Source: Acidimicrobiaceae bacterium
GTDB lineage: Bacteria > Actinomycetota > Acidimicrobiia > Acidimicrobiales > Bog-793
Length of the DNA stretch: 64,000 bases
Assembly: GCA_027306925.1 (NCBI GenBank)
Contig: DAHUXW010000083.1
Span: 11,609 to 75,608, forward strand
Reading direction: 5' to 3'
The notes under the pieces are model-generated. The model was not told where the DNA came from and made no database searches. It saw nothing but the letters and a program-made list of their open reading frames with translations. Of this stretch, positions 39,458 to 49,700 are shown piece by piece. The first letter of the stretch is position 1; each line of letters opens with the position of its first letter. The translations under genes and the position numbers were made by a program.

Positions 39458-40282
39458 ATGAGCCTCTACCTGTTCGCCCCGGGCGACGACCCCGGGCCGA
39501 GCTTCGCGGACCTTCTCCGAAGGGTTCAACCGAGCGCAGCCCACCCGGACGCGCCTCAGCCGGCCACCGCGGGCCTTCCCGGCGAGATTCGGCACGCGAC
39601 GACCATCGCTGCGCTGCGCTACGCGGGCGGCGTGATCATGGCGGGCGACCGCAGGGCGACCGAGGGCGTGAGCATCGCGCACCGCTCGATCGAGAAGGTC
39701 TTCCCGGCGGACCGGTACTCGGCGGTCGCGATCGCGGGCGCCGCCGGACCGGCCATCGAGATGGTCCGGCTGTTCCAGACCCAGCTCGAGCACTACGAGA
39801 AGGTCGAGGGCACAGTCCTCAGCCTCGAGGGCAAGGCGAACCAGCTCGCGCAGATGGTCCGCTCCCACCTTCCGATGGCGATGCAGGGTCTCGCGGTGGT
39901 CCCGCTATTCGCCGGCTGGGACGCGCTGCGCGAGACGGGACGGATCTTCACCTACGACGTCACAGGCGGACGGTACGAGGAGACGGACTTCCACGCGACC
40001 GGTTCGGGCGGGCGGGACGCGAAGACGACGATCAAGCTCGGCTACCGGGACGCGATGAGCCGGGACGACGCGGTCGAGCTCGCGCTCGAGGCGCTGTTCC
40101 AGGCCGCGGACGAGGACGCCGCGACCGGCGGGCCGGACCTCGTGCGCGGGATCTTCCCGATCGTCGCGACCGTCGACGTCACGGGCTTTGCGCGGGTGCC
40201 CGACGACGAGGTGGCCGCACGGTTCGCCGCCTTCCTCGATCGGCGCCGGGGCGCGGTCCGCGGCGGGGGCGACCCGTCATGA
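39458..40282 (+). CDS. prcB: 20S proteasome beta subunit (with propeptide)
   Basis: The propeptide is followed by [23 protein letters not shown], with the catalytic Thr1 after RHA. Confidence 0.92.
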   Translation: MSLYLFAPGDDPGPSFADLLRRVQPSAAHPDAPQPATAGLPGEIRHATTIAALRYAGGVIMAGDRRATEGVSIAHRSIEKVFPADRYSAVAIAGAAGPAIEMVRLFQTQLEHYEKVEGTVLSLEGKANQLAQMVRSHLPMAMQGLAVVPLFAGWDALRETGRIFTYDVTGGRYEETDFHATGSGGRDAKTTIKLGYRDAMSRDDAVELALEALFQAADEDAATGGPDLVRGIFPIVATVDVTGFARVPDDEVAARFAAFLDRRRGAVRGGGDPS

Positions 40283-40959
40283 CGATGCCGTACTACGTCG
40301 CGCCCGAGCAGGTCATGAAGGACCGTGCCGAGTACGCGCAGAAGGGGATCGCGCGCGGCCGGTCGCTCGTCGCCGTGACCTACGACGACGGCATCCTCGT
40401 CGTCGCGGAGAATCCGTCGCGCACCCTCCACAAGATCAGCGAGATCTACGACCGCGTCTGCTTCGCCGGGGTCGGCAAGTACAACGAGTTCGACCAGCTC
40501 CGGGTCGCGGGCATCCGTCACGCGGACACCAAGGGCTACGCGTACTCCCGGGACGACGTCGACGCCCGCTCGCTCGCGAACCTGTACGCGCAGTACCTCG
40601 GCCAGGTGTTCACGCACGAGATGAAGCCGCTCGAGGTGGAGATCCTCGTCGCGGAGCTCGGCACGAACGAGCAGGGCAACCGCCTGTACCACATCGCGTA
40701 CGACGGGACGGTCGTGGACGAGCAGCGCTCGACGGTCCTCGGAGGCGACGCGGACGCGATCGCGGCCCGACTCGACCGGGCCTACTCGGCCGGCTGGTCG
40801 CTTCGCGACGCGCTGCGCGCGTGCGTCTCCTGCCTCGCGGGTCCGGAGCGAACCCTTCGCGCGGCGGAGATCGAGGTCGCGGCGCTCAGCCGCGGGAACG
40901 GCCGCCGGACCTTCCGCCGGCTCGAGGGCACCGAGCTGGTCGAGCTGCTCGGGAGCTGA
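40279..40959 (+). CDS. prcA: 20S proteasome alpha subunit
   Basis: ATG 40279 overlaps the prcB stop (ATGA). Begins [27 protein letters not shown], typical of actinobacterial PrcA. Confidence 0.92.
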   Translation: MTMPYYVAPEQVMKDRAEYAQKGIARGRSLVAVTYDDGILVVAENPSRTLHKISEIYDRVCFAGVGKYNEFDQLRVAGIRHADTKGYAYSRDDVDARSLANLYAQYLGQVFTHEMKPLEVEILVAELGTNEQGNRLYHIAYDGTVVDEQRSTVLGGDADAIAARLDRAYSAGWSLRDALRACVSCLAGPERTLRAAEIEVAALSRGNGRRTFRRLEGTELVELLGS

Positions 40960-41033
40960 CGGCGTGCGCGCGCGGCCACGTCCGCGCCACCTGCCTGCTC
41001 CCCGCACGGGCCAGACGGAAGTAGCTTGACCCC

Positions 41034-42392
41034 GTGGACCGCCGGATCTTCGGGCTCGAGAACGAGTACGGCGTCACCTGCACGCTTCGCGGGCAGCGCC
41101 GCCTGAGCCCGGACGAGGTAGCGCGCTACCTGTTCCGACGCGTCGTGAGCTGGGGTCGCTCCTCGAACGTGTTCCTCGAGAACGGCGCGCGCCTCTACCT
41201 GGACGTCGGTAGCCACCCCGAGTACGCGACCCCCGAGTGCGACGCGATCGAGGACCTCGTCGCTCACGACAAGGCGGGGGAGCGGATCCTCGACGGGCTC
41301 GTCGCGTCCGCCGAGGCGCGACTACGCGACGAAGGCATCCGCGGCGTCGTCTACCTGTTCAAGAACAACACGGACTCGGCGGGCAACTCGTACGGGTGCC
41401 ACGAGAACTACCTTACGAGCCGGCGGGACGACTTCGCCCACTACGCGCAGGTGCTCATCCCGTTCCTCGTGACCCGGCAGATCTACTCCGGCGCGGGCAA
41501 GGTGCTCCAGACGGCGCGCGGCGCGGTCTACTGCATGTCGCAGCGAGCGGAGCACATCTGGGAAGGGGTGTCCTCGGCGACGACGCGCTCGCGACCGATC
41601 ATCAACACGCGCGACGAGCCCCATGCGGACGCCGAGCGGTTCCGCCGGCTCCACGTGATCGTCGGCGACTCGAACATGAGCGAGTACGCGACCTATCTGA
41701 AGGTCGGGGTCATGAGCATCCTGCTCCGCATGCTCGAGGATCCCGGGGTGGTGCTGCGTGACATGACGCTCGAGGACCCGATCCGCGCGATCCGCGAGAT
41801 CAGCCACGACCTCACATGCCGCCGGCGCGTCCGCCTCGCGAACGGCCGCGAGGCGAGCGCCTTCGACATCCAGCAGGAGTACCTGTCGCGCGCCGTCCGG
41901 TACGCGGAGACACGGGGGCTCTCGCCGATGGAGGGCCGCGCGCTCGCGATGTGGCAGCACTGCATGGACGGGATCGAGAAGGACCCGCTCGGCCTCGACC
42001 GCGAGTGCGACTGGGTCATAAAGCACCGGCTCGTCGAGGGCTACCGCGCGCGCCACGACCTGCCGCTCGGCGCACCCCAGGTCGCCCTGCTCGACCTCCA
42101 GTACCACGATGTCTCGCGCGAGCGGGGGATCTTCTACCGGATGCAGGCGAAGGGTGCAGTGGAGCGGATGGTCACGGACGCGGCGATCGACGACGCGATG
42201 GAGCATGCGCCGGCCACGACGCGGGCGCGGCTGCGGGGCGAGTTCATCCGCCGGGCGAAGGAGCGCCGCCGGGACTTCACGGTCGACTGGGTCCACCTGA
42301 AGCTGAACGACCAGACCCAGCGGACGGTGCTGCTCAAGGACCCCTTCCGGGCCCACGACGAGCGCGTCGAGCGGCTAATCGAGTCGATGTGA
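41034..42392 (+). CDS. pafA: Pup--protein ligase
   Basis: Begins [11 protein letters not shown] and carries [11 protein letters not shown]. It is a paralogue of Dop, located downstream of prcA. Confidence 0.92.
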   Translation: MDRRIFGLENEYGVTCTLRGQRRLSPDEVARYLFRRVVSWGRSSNVFLENGARLYLDVGSHPEYATPECDAIEDLVAHDKAGERILDGLVASAEARLRDEGIRGVVYLFKNNTDSAGNSYGCHENYLTSRRDDFAHYAQVLIPFLVTRQIYSGAGKVLQTARGAVYCMSQRAEHIWEGVSSATTRSRPIINTRDEPHADAERFRRLHVIVGDSNMSEYATYLKVGVMSILLRMLEDPGVVLRDMTLEDPIRAIREISHDLTCRRRVRLANGREASAFDIQQEYLSRAVRYAETRGLSPMEGRALAMWQHCMDGIEKDPLGLDRECDWVIKHRLVEGYRARHDLPLGAPQVALLDLQYHDVSRERGIFYRMQAKGAVERMVTDAAIDDAMEHAPATTRARLRGEFIRRAKERRRDFTVDWVHLKLNDQTQRTVLLKDPFRAHDERVERLIESM

Positions 42393-43045
42393 GCCGCTCG
42401 ATCCTCGACCCGAGCGCCGAGGCCTCGCCGAGGAGCGACCGGGACGCGGCCACGGCGACCCGGTCGTCGGGTCGCGCCCAGCGGCGCGGCCCGGGTGGGC
42501 GCGCGCGGCAGGTCGCCGTCGAGTGGGGTGCGATCTTGGTCGCGGCGGCGGTTCTCGCGGTTCTTCTCCGCACCTTCGTCGTCCAGGCGTTCTACGTGCC
42601 GTCGGGGTCAATGGAGCCGACACTGCAGGTCGGGGACCGCATCCTCGTCGACAAGCTCGCCTTCTCGGCGTCCTCGCTCCGCGACGGCGACGTCGTCGTC
42701 TTCGCCCGCCCGCCCGGCGACGTGGCAGGGGTCTGCGAGGACCCGACCGCGAAGGACCTCGTGAAGCGCGTGGTCGCCTCGCCGGGCCAGACGATCTACT
42801 CGCGTGGGAACACGGTCTACGTCGACGGCCGCCCGCAGCCCGAACGCTACCTGCCGCCACACACGGTCCTCGGCAAGCCCGTGCGGCGCCAGCGCGTCCC
42901 TCCGGGGCGCTACTACGTCATGGGCGACAACCGGTCCCAGTCGTGCGACAGCCGCTACTGGGGAACGATCCGGGGCTCGACGATCGTAGGGCGTGTCGTC
43001 GCGGTCGTGTGGCGCCACGGCCGTCCCTCCCTCGACGGCGTGTGA
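42389..43045 (+). CDS. lepB: Signal peptidase I
   Basis: GTG 42389 overlaps the pafA stop. It has a TM anchor followed by [10 protein letters not shown] (catalytic Ser), [10 protein letters not shown] (catalytic Lys) and [17 protein letters not shown]. Confidence 0.85.
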   Translation: MSRSILDPSAEASPRSDRDAATATRSSGRAQRRGPGGRARQVAVEWGAILVAAAVLAVLLRTFVVQAFYVPSGSMEPTLQVGDRILVDKLAFSASSLRDGDVVVFARPPGDVAGVCEDPTAKDLVKRVVASPGQTIYSRGNTVYVDGRPQPERYLPPHTVLGKPVRRQRVPPGRYYVMGDNRSQSCDSRYWGTIRGSTIVGRVVAVVWRHGRPSLDGV

Positions 43046-43106
43046 GCTCCGGAGCCGCGGGACCGGCCGCCGCGCCGGCGCCACGACCCCCTTGTAGACT
43101 CCGGCC

Positions 43107-43631
43107 GTGGGATTCCTCGACCCGGCGAAGATCCTCGTCGTGCTCGTCTTGGCGCTCATCGTCCTCGGACCCGAGCGACTGCCGAAAGCGGCGCGCCAGC
43201 TCGGCGCAGCGTGGCGCGAGCTCACGAGGGTCCGCGACCAGGTGACGGAGGAGATCCGTTCCGCGATCCCGGACCTCGACCTTCCGAACATCCCGCGGCT
43301 GCCGACCAACATGGTGTCCGGGTTCATCGCCGACCTGACCAAGCCGTCCGTGTCCGGGGTCGGGGGCGATGCAGCCGGCGACGAGGGTGTCACCGCCGAG
43401 GTCGACGACCTGCACGACGAGGTGCTGTCGACGTCCGCGACGGGCCTCGTCGGCGACGAGTCGGCGACGGGCACGCCGTCGGGGCCCGTTGCGGCGCCGG
43501 TGGTGCGATCCGACACCGGAGGTTCGGCGCGGCGCACCGACCCGCTCGCGGCGCGAACCGGAGCGTCACGAGCTCCGCGCGCGGGCAACGAGCACGTGCC
43601 GCTGCTCGCCGACGACCCGAGCATGAACTGA
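43107..43631 (+). CDS. Tat translocase TatA/TatB-family subunit with a long acidic C-terminal tail
   Basis: The N-terminus MGFLDPAKILVVLVLALIVLGPERLPKAARQLG is the TM plus amphipathic-helix hallmark. 174 aa is long for TatA and more TatB-like. Confidence 0.8.
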   Translation: MGFLDPAKILVVLVLALIVLGPERLPKAARQLGAAWRELTRVRDQVTEEIRSAIPDLDLPNIPRLPTNMVSGFIADLTKPSVSGVGGDAAGDEGVTAEVDDLHDEVLSTSATGLVGDESATGTPSGPVAAPVVRSDTGGSARRTDPLAARTGASRAPRAGNEHVPLLADDPSMN

Positions 43632-43664
43632 GCCCGGCGCGCGCGCCGGCACCGAAGTAGGGAC

Positions 43665-44420
43665 ATGGCGACCTTGATCAGAAGGCGGAGCGGGCCGCGT
43701 CCGTCGCCGGACGCGATGACGCTCAGCGAGCACCTCGGCGAGCTTCGCCGGCGGCTCGTGGTCTGCGTCGTCGCGTTCGTCGTCGCGGCGGTCGTCGCGT
43801 ACGTCTTCTACCCGCACATCCTGCTCGCCTTCGAGCGCCCGTACTGTGCGACGCTGCCGCGAGGCAGCTCGTGCGCGCTCTACGTGACCGGTCCGCTCGA
43901 GGCGTTCGGCATCCGGCTGAACGTCACGGCGTACGGCGGGCTCGTGCTCGCGTCGCCCGTCCTGCTCTTCCAGCTCTGGCGGTTCGTCACCCCGGGCCTT
44001 CGGGCGAACGAGAAGCGCTACGCCGTGCCGTTCACGGTGGCCACGGTCGCCCTCTTCTGCTTCGGAGCGTTCGTCGCCTGGCTCACGTTCCCGCACGCCC
44101 TGGGCTTCCTCCATGCGGTCGGCGGGCCGGGCATCAAGGACATCTTCTCGCCGTCGAAGTACCTGACCTTGATCATGGCCCTCATGGCGATCTTCGGGCT
44201 CACGTTCGAGTTCCCGGTCGTGCTCATCGCGCTCGAGCTCGCGGGGGTGCTCACACCCGCACGCCTGCGCAAGTGGCGCCGGCCGGCGATCGTCATCATG
44301 GTGCTCGTCGCGGCCGTCGTCACCCCGAGCTCGGACCCGTTCTCGATGCTCGCGCTCGCGGTTCCGATGCTCGTGTTCTACGAGGTGTCGATCGTCATCG
44401 GCAAGCTGCTCGGCAAGTGA
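43665..44420 (+). CDS. tatC: Tat translocase subunit TatC
   Basis: Begins MTLSEHLGELRRRL. Six TM helices. Contains the conserved block TPSSDPFSM. Confidence 0.92.
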   Translation: MATLIRRRSGPRPSPDAMTLSEHLGELRRRLVVCVVAFVVAAVVAYVFYPHILLAFERPYCATLPRGSSCALYVTGPLEAFGIRLNVTAYGGLVLASPVLLFQLWRFVTPGLRANEKRYAVPFTVATVALFCFGAFVAWLTFPHALGFLHAVGGPGIKDIFSPSKYLTLIMALMAIFGLTFEFPVVLIALELAGVLTPARLRKWRRPAIVIMVLVAAVVTPSSDPFSMLALAVPMLVFYEVSIVIGKLLGK

Positions 44421-46579
44421 GCCTGCCGGCGGGTGACCTCGCCGGGGAACCTCCTCGCGACGGGGGATCAGACACCGCGGCGCTGCGCTCGCGCTTCCTC
44501 GGCGACCACCCCTTCCCGCTCGACGCGTTCCAGGTCGACGCGCTCGACCTGCTCGACGCCGGGAGGTCGGTTCTCGTCGCCGCACCGACGGGCTCGGGCA
44601 AGACCCTCGTCGCCGAGTACGCGATCGCTCGTGCGCTCGCCGAGGGCGGGCGCGCGTTCTACACGACGCCGCTCAAGGCGCTGTCGAACCAGAAGTACAG
44701 CGACCTCGCCCGCATTTACGGCGAGCGGCGCGTCGGGCTGCTGACAGGCGACGTGTCGCTGAACGGTGGGGCGGACGTCGTCGTGATGACCACCGAGGTG
44801 CTCCGGAACATGATCTACGCGGGGCCTCAGCAGCTCGCGCGGCTGCGCTGTGTCGTGCTCGACGAGGTCCACTACCTCGAGGATCGCTACCGCGGCGCGG
44901 TGTGGGAGGAGATCATCCTCTCGGCCCCCCCGTCGGTCGTGCTCGTCTGCCTCTCGGCGACGGTGTCCAACGCCGAGGAGCTCGCCGGGTGGATCCACCG
45001 GGTGCGTGGCGCGACCGGCGCGGTGATCGAGGAGCGGCGCCCGGTCGAGCTCCGCCACCTCTACCTCGTCGGAGACCGCTACTCCGAGGAGCTTCACCTG
45101 CTTGCGACGTTCGTCGACGGGGCGCCGAACCGCGAGGCGATCGCGCTCGACGAGCGGTCGCACCGCGTGAGCCGGGAGCGGGGCCCCGCGCGACGGCCGC
45201 CGCCGCGCGCCGGTCGGCAGCGTCTCTACCGTCCCCGGCGCGTCGAGGTCGTCGAGCGGCTCGACGACGAGGACCTCCTTCCGGCGATCTTCTTCGTCTT
45301 CTCCCGGCAGGGATGCGACGACGCGGCCCGCCAGTGCGTCGAGGCCGGGCTACGGCTGACCTCGATCGAGGAGCGTGCGCACATCCGCGAGGTCGCGGAG
45401 CGCCACGTGGAGCGGCTGTCGGACGCCGACCTGGCCGTCCTCGGCTTCGCTCGGTTCCTCACCGGGCTCGAGGCTGGAATCGCCTCACACCATGCCGGCC
45501 TGGTCCCGCCGTTTCGCGAGATCGTCGAGGAGCTGTTCGCGGACGCGCTCGTGCGAGTCGTCTTCGCGACCGAGACGCTCGCGCTCGGCATCAACATGCC
45601 GGCGCGCACCGTCGTCATCGAGAGCCTCTCGAAGTTCTCGGGAAACGGGCACGCAGACCTCACCCCCGGCGAGTACACGCAGCTCACCGGGCGCGCGGGC
45701 CGGCGCGGCATCGACGAGGTGGGCTACGCGGCCGTGCTGTGGTCGCCGTTCCACACCTTCGGCGAGGTCGCGTCACTCGCCTCCGCCCGCAGCCGCGCGC
45801 TCCGCTCGTCGTTCCGCCCGACGTACAACATGGCGGTCAACCTCGTGCGCCGCTACTCGCGCGACGACGCGTACCGCCTCGTGCGCTCGTCGTTCGCCCA
45901 GTACCTCAGCGAGGCCCCGCTCACGCGCCAGCTCGACGCGGTGCTCGGCGTCCTCACGAGGCGGGGGTACCTGTCCGGGTGGAGGGTCACGACGGCCGGG
46001 ACCCGGCTCGCGGGCGTCTACCACGACTGCGATCTGCTCGTCGCGGAGGCGCTCTCGACCGGGCTGCTCGACGGCCTGGACGGACCCAGCCTCGCCGCGC
46101 TCGTGTCCGGATTCACATTCGAGGCGCGGCGTGCGTCGGGCGCGCCGACGCTCCCGACCGGGCAGCTCCTCCAGCGGTTCGCGGAGCTCGACGGGCTCGC
46201 GCAGGAGCTGCGTGCCGAAGAGCGTGCCGCGGGTCTCCCCCGCACGAGGCAGCTGGACGGAGGGTTCGCGGCACTCGCGTACGACTGGGCGAAAGGGTCG
46301 GACCTGCGCCGGTTGCTCGCGCTCCCCACGAGGAGCCACCGTCACGATGGCCCGGCCATAGCTCAGGCCATGACCGGTGGCGACTTCGTCCGGAACGTGA
46401 AACAGCTCGTCGACCTGCTCCGCCAGATCGGCACGGTCGACTCCTCCGGCACCGCGGGGACGGTCGCACGCCAGGTCGCCGAGCAACTCGTGCGCGGGGT
46501 CGTCGCGGCATCCTCGGGCGTCCCGGTCGTGGCCCTCGCGGGCGAAGCCGAGGTCGGGGACGATCCGCGTGGGTGCTGA
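44417..46579 (+). CDS. helY: Ski2-like DEAD/DEAH-box RNA helicase
   Basis: GTG 44417 overlaps the tatC stop (GTGA). Contains APTGSGKTLVAEYA, DEVHY, SAT and HHAGL. Follows tatC as in mycobacteria. Confidence 0.85.
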   Translation: MSLPAGDLAGEPPRDGGSDTAALRSRFLGDHPFPLDAFQVDALDLLDAGRSVLVAAPTGSGKTLVAEYAIARALAEGGRAFYTTPLKALSNQKYSDLARIYGERRVGLLTGDVSLNGGADVVVMTTEVLRNMIYAGPQQLARLRCVVLDEVHYLEDRYRGAVWEEIILSAPPSVVLVCLSATVSNAEELAGWIHRVRGATGAVIEERRPVELRHLYLVGDRYSEELHLLATFVDGAPNREAIALDERSHRVSRERGPARRPPPRAGRQRLYRPRRVEVVERLDDEDLLPAIFFVFSRQGCDDAARQCVEAGLRLTSIEERAHIREVAERHVERLSDADLAVLGFARFLTGLEAGIASHHAGLVPPFREIVEELFADALVRVVFATETLALGINMPARTVVIESLSKFSGNGHADLTPGEYTQLTGRAGRRGIDEVGYAAVLWSPFHTFGEVASLASARSRALRSSFRPTYNMAVNLVRRYSRDDAYRLVRSSFAQYLSEAPLTRQLDAVLGVLTRRGYLSGWRVTTAGTRLAGVYHDCDLLVAEALSTGLLDGLDGPSLAALVSGFTFEARRASGAPTLPTGQLLQRFAELDGLAQELRAEERAAGLPRTRQLDGGFAALAYDWAKGSDLRRLLALPTRSHRHDGPAIAQAMTGGDFVRNVKQLVDLLRQIGTVDSSGTAGTVARQVAEQLVRGVVAASSGVPVVALAGEAEVGDDPRGC

Positions 46580-46604
46580 CCGCTTCCCGTAGTCTCTGCG
46601 GGGC

Positions 46605-48266
46605 ATGTTCGGTTACGCCACGGAGACCTTCGACGAGCAGGAGCGCGAGCTGCTGCGCCACTACGTCACGAACCTCGACGGCCCGGTCTTCGCGCTCGTG
46701 AACCTTCCCGAGGTCGTGAAGGGTGCCCTCTTCGCCCGCTACTCGCGCTCCTCGAAGAGCCTGCGGCGTCTGTTCCTCGACGAGTTCGTCGCGGACCTCG
46801 ACGTGCGCGGGGACGCGACCGTCGACGCGACGATCGGCCTGCGGCGCGCGGAGGAGCTGTACGCGCGGGTGTTCGGCGACTACGGCGACGACTCGGTCGC
46901 CCAGCTCGGTGGCGTCCACCTCGCGTGCGAGCAGGCGTCGAACCTGCTCACGAAGGTGCTCGAGCGTGGCCGGCTCATGTCGTACCTGGAGCAGTCGACG
47001 CGGTACATCCCGTACGACAGCCGGCTGCAGACCGGGCACTACCGGTACCACCGCGACCCCGCCGTGCTCGAGTCCCCGCTCGGCGCACGCTACGTGGGCG
47101 AGATGGACCGGATGTTCGACACGTACGCCGAGCTGCTCCCGAGTCTCGAGGCCCACCTACGCCGGGCGCACCCGCAGCCCGGACAGGTTTCCGACCTCGC
47201 GTACCGCCAGTCGGTCCGCGCGAAGGCCCTCGACGCGCTGCGCGGCCTTTTGCCCGCGGGCTCGCTCTCGAACGTCGGCGTCTACGGGTCGGGGCAGTCG
47301 TTCGAGCAGCTCATCCTGCGGATGCGCGCGGACCGGCTGCCCGAGGCGCGTCGGTACGCGGAGCTGATTCTCGACGAGCTCCGCAAGGTGATCCCGTCGT
47401 TCCTCACCCGGCTCGACCGGCCCGACCGCGGTGGCGAGTGGGTTGACTACCTGTCCCGGCGGGAGGATGCGATGGGCTCCCTGGTCACCCGGCTCTGGCC
47501 CGGTGCCGAGCCGGACGACGGCGCCGCGTCGACGGAGACGTCGGTCGAGCTCGTCGACTTCGATCCCCGGGGCGAGGAGAAGGTGCTCGCCGCGATGTGC
47601 TACCCGTACTCGTCGGAGCCGGAGCACGCGATCGCCGAGCGCGTGCTCCGGCTCGGGGCGCGCGAGCGCGCGGAGCTCGTGGGTGCGTACGTCGGCGATC
47701 GACGGAACCGCCGGCACCGGCCGGGTCGTGCGCTCGAGCGCACCTCGTACCGCTTCGACGTGGTCTCCGACTACGGGGCATTTCGCGACCTGCAACGTCA
47801 CCGGATGCTCACGGTCGAGTGGCAGCCGCTCGGGACGTCGCTCGGGTGGGGCGTGCCCGAGACCGTCGCCGAGGCCGGGCTCGAGCGCGCGTTCGCCGAG
47901 TCGATCGAGCGCTCCGGGGAGCTGCACATGTCGATGCGCGACACATTCCCCGAGCAGGCCGGCTACGCGGTCGCGCTCGCGTTCAACATCCGCTACGTGC
48001 TCCAGATGTCCGCACGCGAGGCGATGCACGTGCTCGAGCTGAGGAGCGGGCCCCAGGGCCATCCTTCCTACCGCCGGATCGCCCAGGAGATGCACCGCCA
48101 GATCGCGGATCGGGCCGGCCATCGTGCGCTCGCGGCCGCGATGTCGTTCGTGGACCACTCCGACGCAGAGCTCGGTCGGCTCGAGTCGGAGGAGCGCGCA
48201 GCGGCGCGGCGCGGCGAGCTCGGCGGCTCGCCCCTTGACGCGGCCGTCTCCCATGGGCATGAATAG
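46605..48266 (+). CDS. Double-length ThyX-like (flavin-dependent thymidylate synthase family) protein
   Basis: 553 aa. The C-terminal half has FRDLQRHRMLT (RHR motif) and HVLELRSGPQGHPSYR. The N-terminal half has ALFARYSRSS. See findings. Confidence 0.65.
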   Translation: MFGYATETFDEQERELLRHYVTNLDGPVFALVNLPEVVKGALFARYSRSSKSLRRLFLDEFVADLDVRGDATVDATIGLRRAEELYARVFGDYGDDSVAQLGGVHLACEQASNLLTKVLERGRLMSYLEQSTRYIPYDSRLQTGHYRYHRDPAVLESPLGARYVGEMDRMFDTYAELLPSLEAHLRRAHPQPGQVSDLAYRQSVRAKALDALRGLLPAGSLSNVGVYGSGQSFEQLILRMRADRLPEARRYAELILDELRKVIPSFLTRLDRPDRGGEWVDYLSRREDAMGSLVTRLWPGAEPDDGAASTETSVELVDFDPRGEEKVLAAMCYPYSSEPEHAIAERVLRLGARERAELVGAYVGDRRNRRHRPGRALERTSYRFDVVSDYGAFRDLQRHRMLTVEWQPLGTSLGWGVPETVAEAGLERAFAESIERSGELHMSMRDTFPEQAGYAVALAFNIRYVLQMSAREAMHVLELRSGPQGHPSYRRIAQEMHRQIADRAGHRALAAAMSFVDHSDAELGRLESEERAAARRGELGGSPLDAAVSHGHE

Positions 48267-48537
48267 ACCTACCCCGCATTCGGGTCACCCGTTCGTGGAG
48301 CTTCCGTCAGTCGCTCCGGGAGATCTCGGTGGGGCAGTTGCGCACGACGTGGTCCGGGGGGCCGAGTAGCAAACGTCCGGCATCGCACGCGGCTCCGCCG
48401 CACGAGCGTCGCCGGGCGGCCCCAAAGGCTCCCTGGACCCGTGCGCGCGGCGCGAGCGCCCGCGGCCCGATCCGCTCCCGTCACCCCGCGGGGAATCGCC
48501 GTCGCATCTTCGTGGTTCATGTCCGGTGCGCTTGCCG

Positions 48538-48543
48538 TATAGT
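48538..48543 (+). promoter_or_regulatory. -10-like hexamer TATAGT upstream of the DUF4193-type gene
   Basis: It is the only strong TAnnnT element in the 375-nt gap. It would give a leader of about 90-100 nt. Confidence 0.25.
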
Positions 48544-48641
48544 GACCGCGCCTGCGGACGGCTCCGACGCGCGAGCGTCGGGCGGTCTGCGCCCGGCGCG
48601 ACGGCACCCGGCGAACGATCCTGACGACGACGAGGAAGTGC

Positions 48642-49136
48642 ATGCCAAGCGATATGGGTGAAGACGCCGACGTCGACCTGGAGGAGGAGGACGAGCTCGA
48701 GGACCTCGGCGACGACGCGGCGCTCGACGAGGACCTCGACGAGGACGCGCTCGACGACGACGCGCTCGGGGACGACGACGACGAGCTGATCGAAGCGAGC
48801 GGCGACGACGTCCTCGACGTCGTCGAGGGCGACCTGCCGGTCGTCGTGCCACTTGTGGCCGACGTGGAGGACGCGAGCTCGGACGACGACGACGACGAAG
48901 AGGACGACGACGACGTGGAGGCGAGTCTCGACGTCATCTTGAAGGAGCGGCTCGTCGTCGAGGACGACGAGGAAGAGGAGGAGGAAGAGGTCCCGGACGC
49001 GGAGGACCGCGCGGACGGGACCCAGCGTGTGCTCCCGAAGCAGCCCGGCGAGTTCGTCTGCCAGTCCTGTTTCCTGGTCAAGAGCGAGATCCAGCTGGCC
49101 GATCGGGTCCGGATGCTCTGTCGCGACTGCGTGTGA
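48642..49136 (+). CDS. Hyper-acidic protein with C-terminal CxxC...CxxC zinc ribbon (DUF4193 type)
   Basis: The Asp/Glu-rich N-terminal 130 aa are followed by GEFVCQSCFLVKSEIQLADRVRMLCRDCV. Confidence 0.75.
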   Translation: MPSDMGEDADVDLEEEDELEDLGDDAALDEDLDEDALDDDALGDDDDELIEASGDDVLDVVEGDLPVVVPLVADVEDASSDDDDDEEDDDDVEASLDVILKERLVVEDDEEEEEEEVPDAEDRADGTQRVLPKQPGEFVCQSCFLVKSEIQLADRVRMLCRDCV

Positions 49137-49208
49137 CGGGCACGCCGCGAGAGCCGCGGGCGCCGGCGCGGCCGCGGCCCGCCGGCGGACTGCTCGGGAA
49201 GAGACGAC

Positions 49209-49700
49209 GTGCCTGACGACCGACCCCTCGTGGAGCAGCTCCTCGACGTCGTGCTCTACGCGCCCGTCGGCGTGCTCACGACCATGGCAGAGCAGCTTCC
49301 CGGAGTCGTCGCGAAGGGTCGCACGCGCCTCGAGTCGCGGGTCACGGTCGCCCGAATGGTCGGCAGGTTCGCCGTCGGCGAGGCTCGCCGGCGCGTCGAG
49401 CGCGAGGTCGCCCGCGCCGGAGCCGTGACACAGCGGGACGAGCCCACGGTCGCGACCGACCTGGCCGACCCATCCTCGCCGTCTCCGGGCGCTACGTCGG
49501 CAGGTCCGGCCCCAGCCGTCGATGAGCTCGCGATCCCGGGCTACGACTCCCTCGCGGCGTCCCAGGTCGTACAGCGCCTCGGTGCGCTGTCTCCCGAGGA
49601 GCTCGACGCGATCAGGCGGTACGAGGAGGCCACTCGCGGCCGCCGGACGATCCTCGGGCGCATCGCGCAGCTTCGGGGCGACGACGGTGCCGGAGGCTGA
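49209..49700 (+). CDS. Hypothetical protein with conserved C-terminal helix motif (IPGYDSLAASQVVQRL)
   Basis: Good G/C third-position bias. The C-terminal motif recurs in many actinobacterial proteins of unknown function. Confidence 0.55.
   Translation: MPDDRPLVEQLLDVVLYAPVGVLTTMAEQLPGVVAKGRTRLESRVTVARMVGRFAVGEARRRVEREVARAGAVTQRDEPTVATDLADPSSPSPGATSAGPAPAVDELAIPGYDSLAASQVVQRLGALSPEELDAIRRYEEATRGRRTILGRIAQLRGDDGAGG

Noticed and set aside
48269-49081. 270-aa Ser-rich ORF on the minus strand
   Set aside because: It is a mirror image of the GAC/GAG/GAA-rich acidic gene on the plus strand (GAC/GAG read backwards give GTC/CTC, and shifted frames give TCG/TCC). The plus-strand product has a conserved zinc ribbon.
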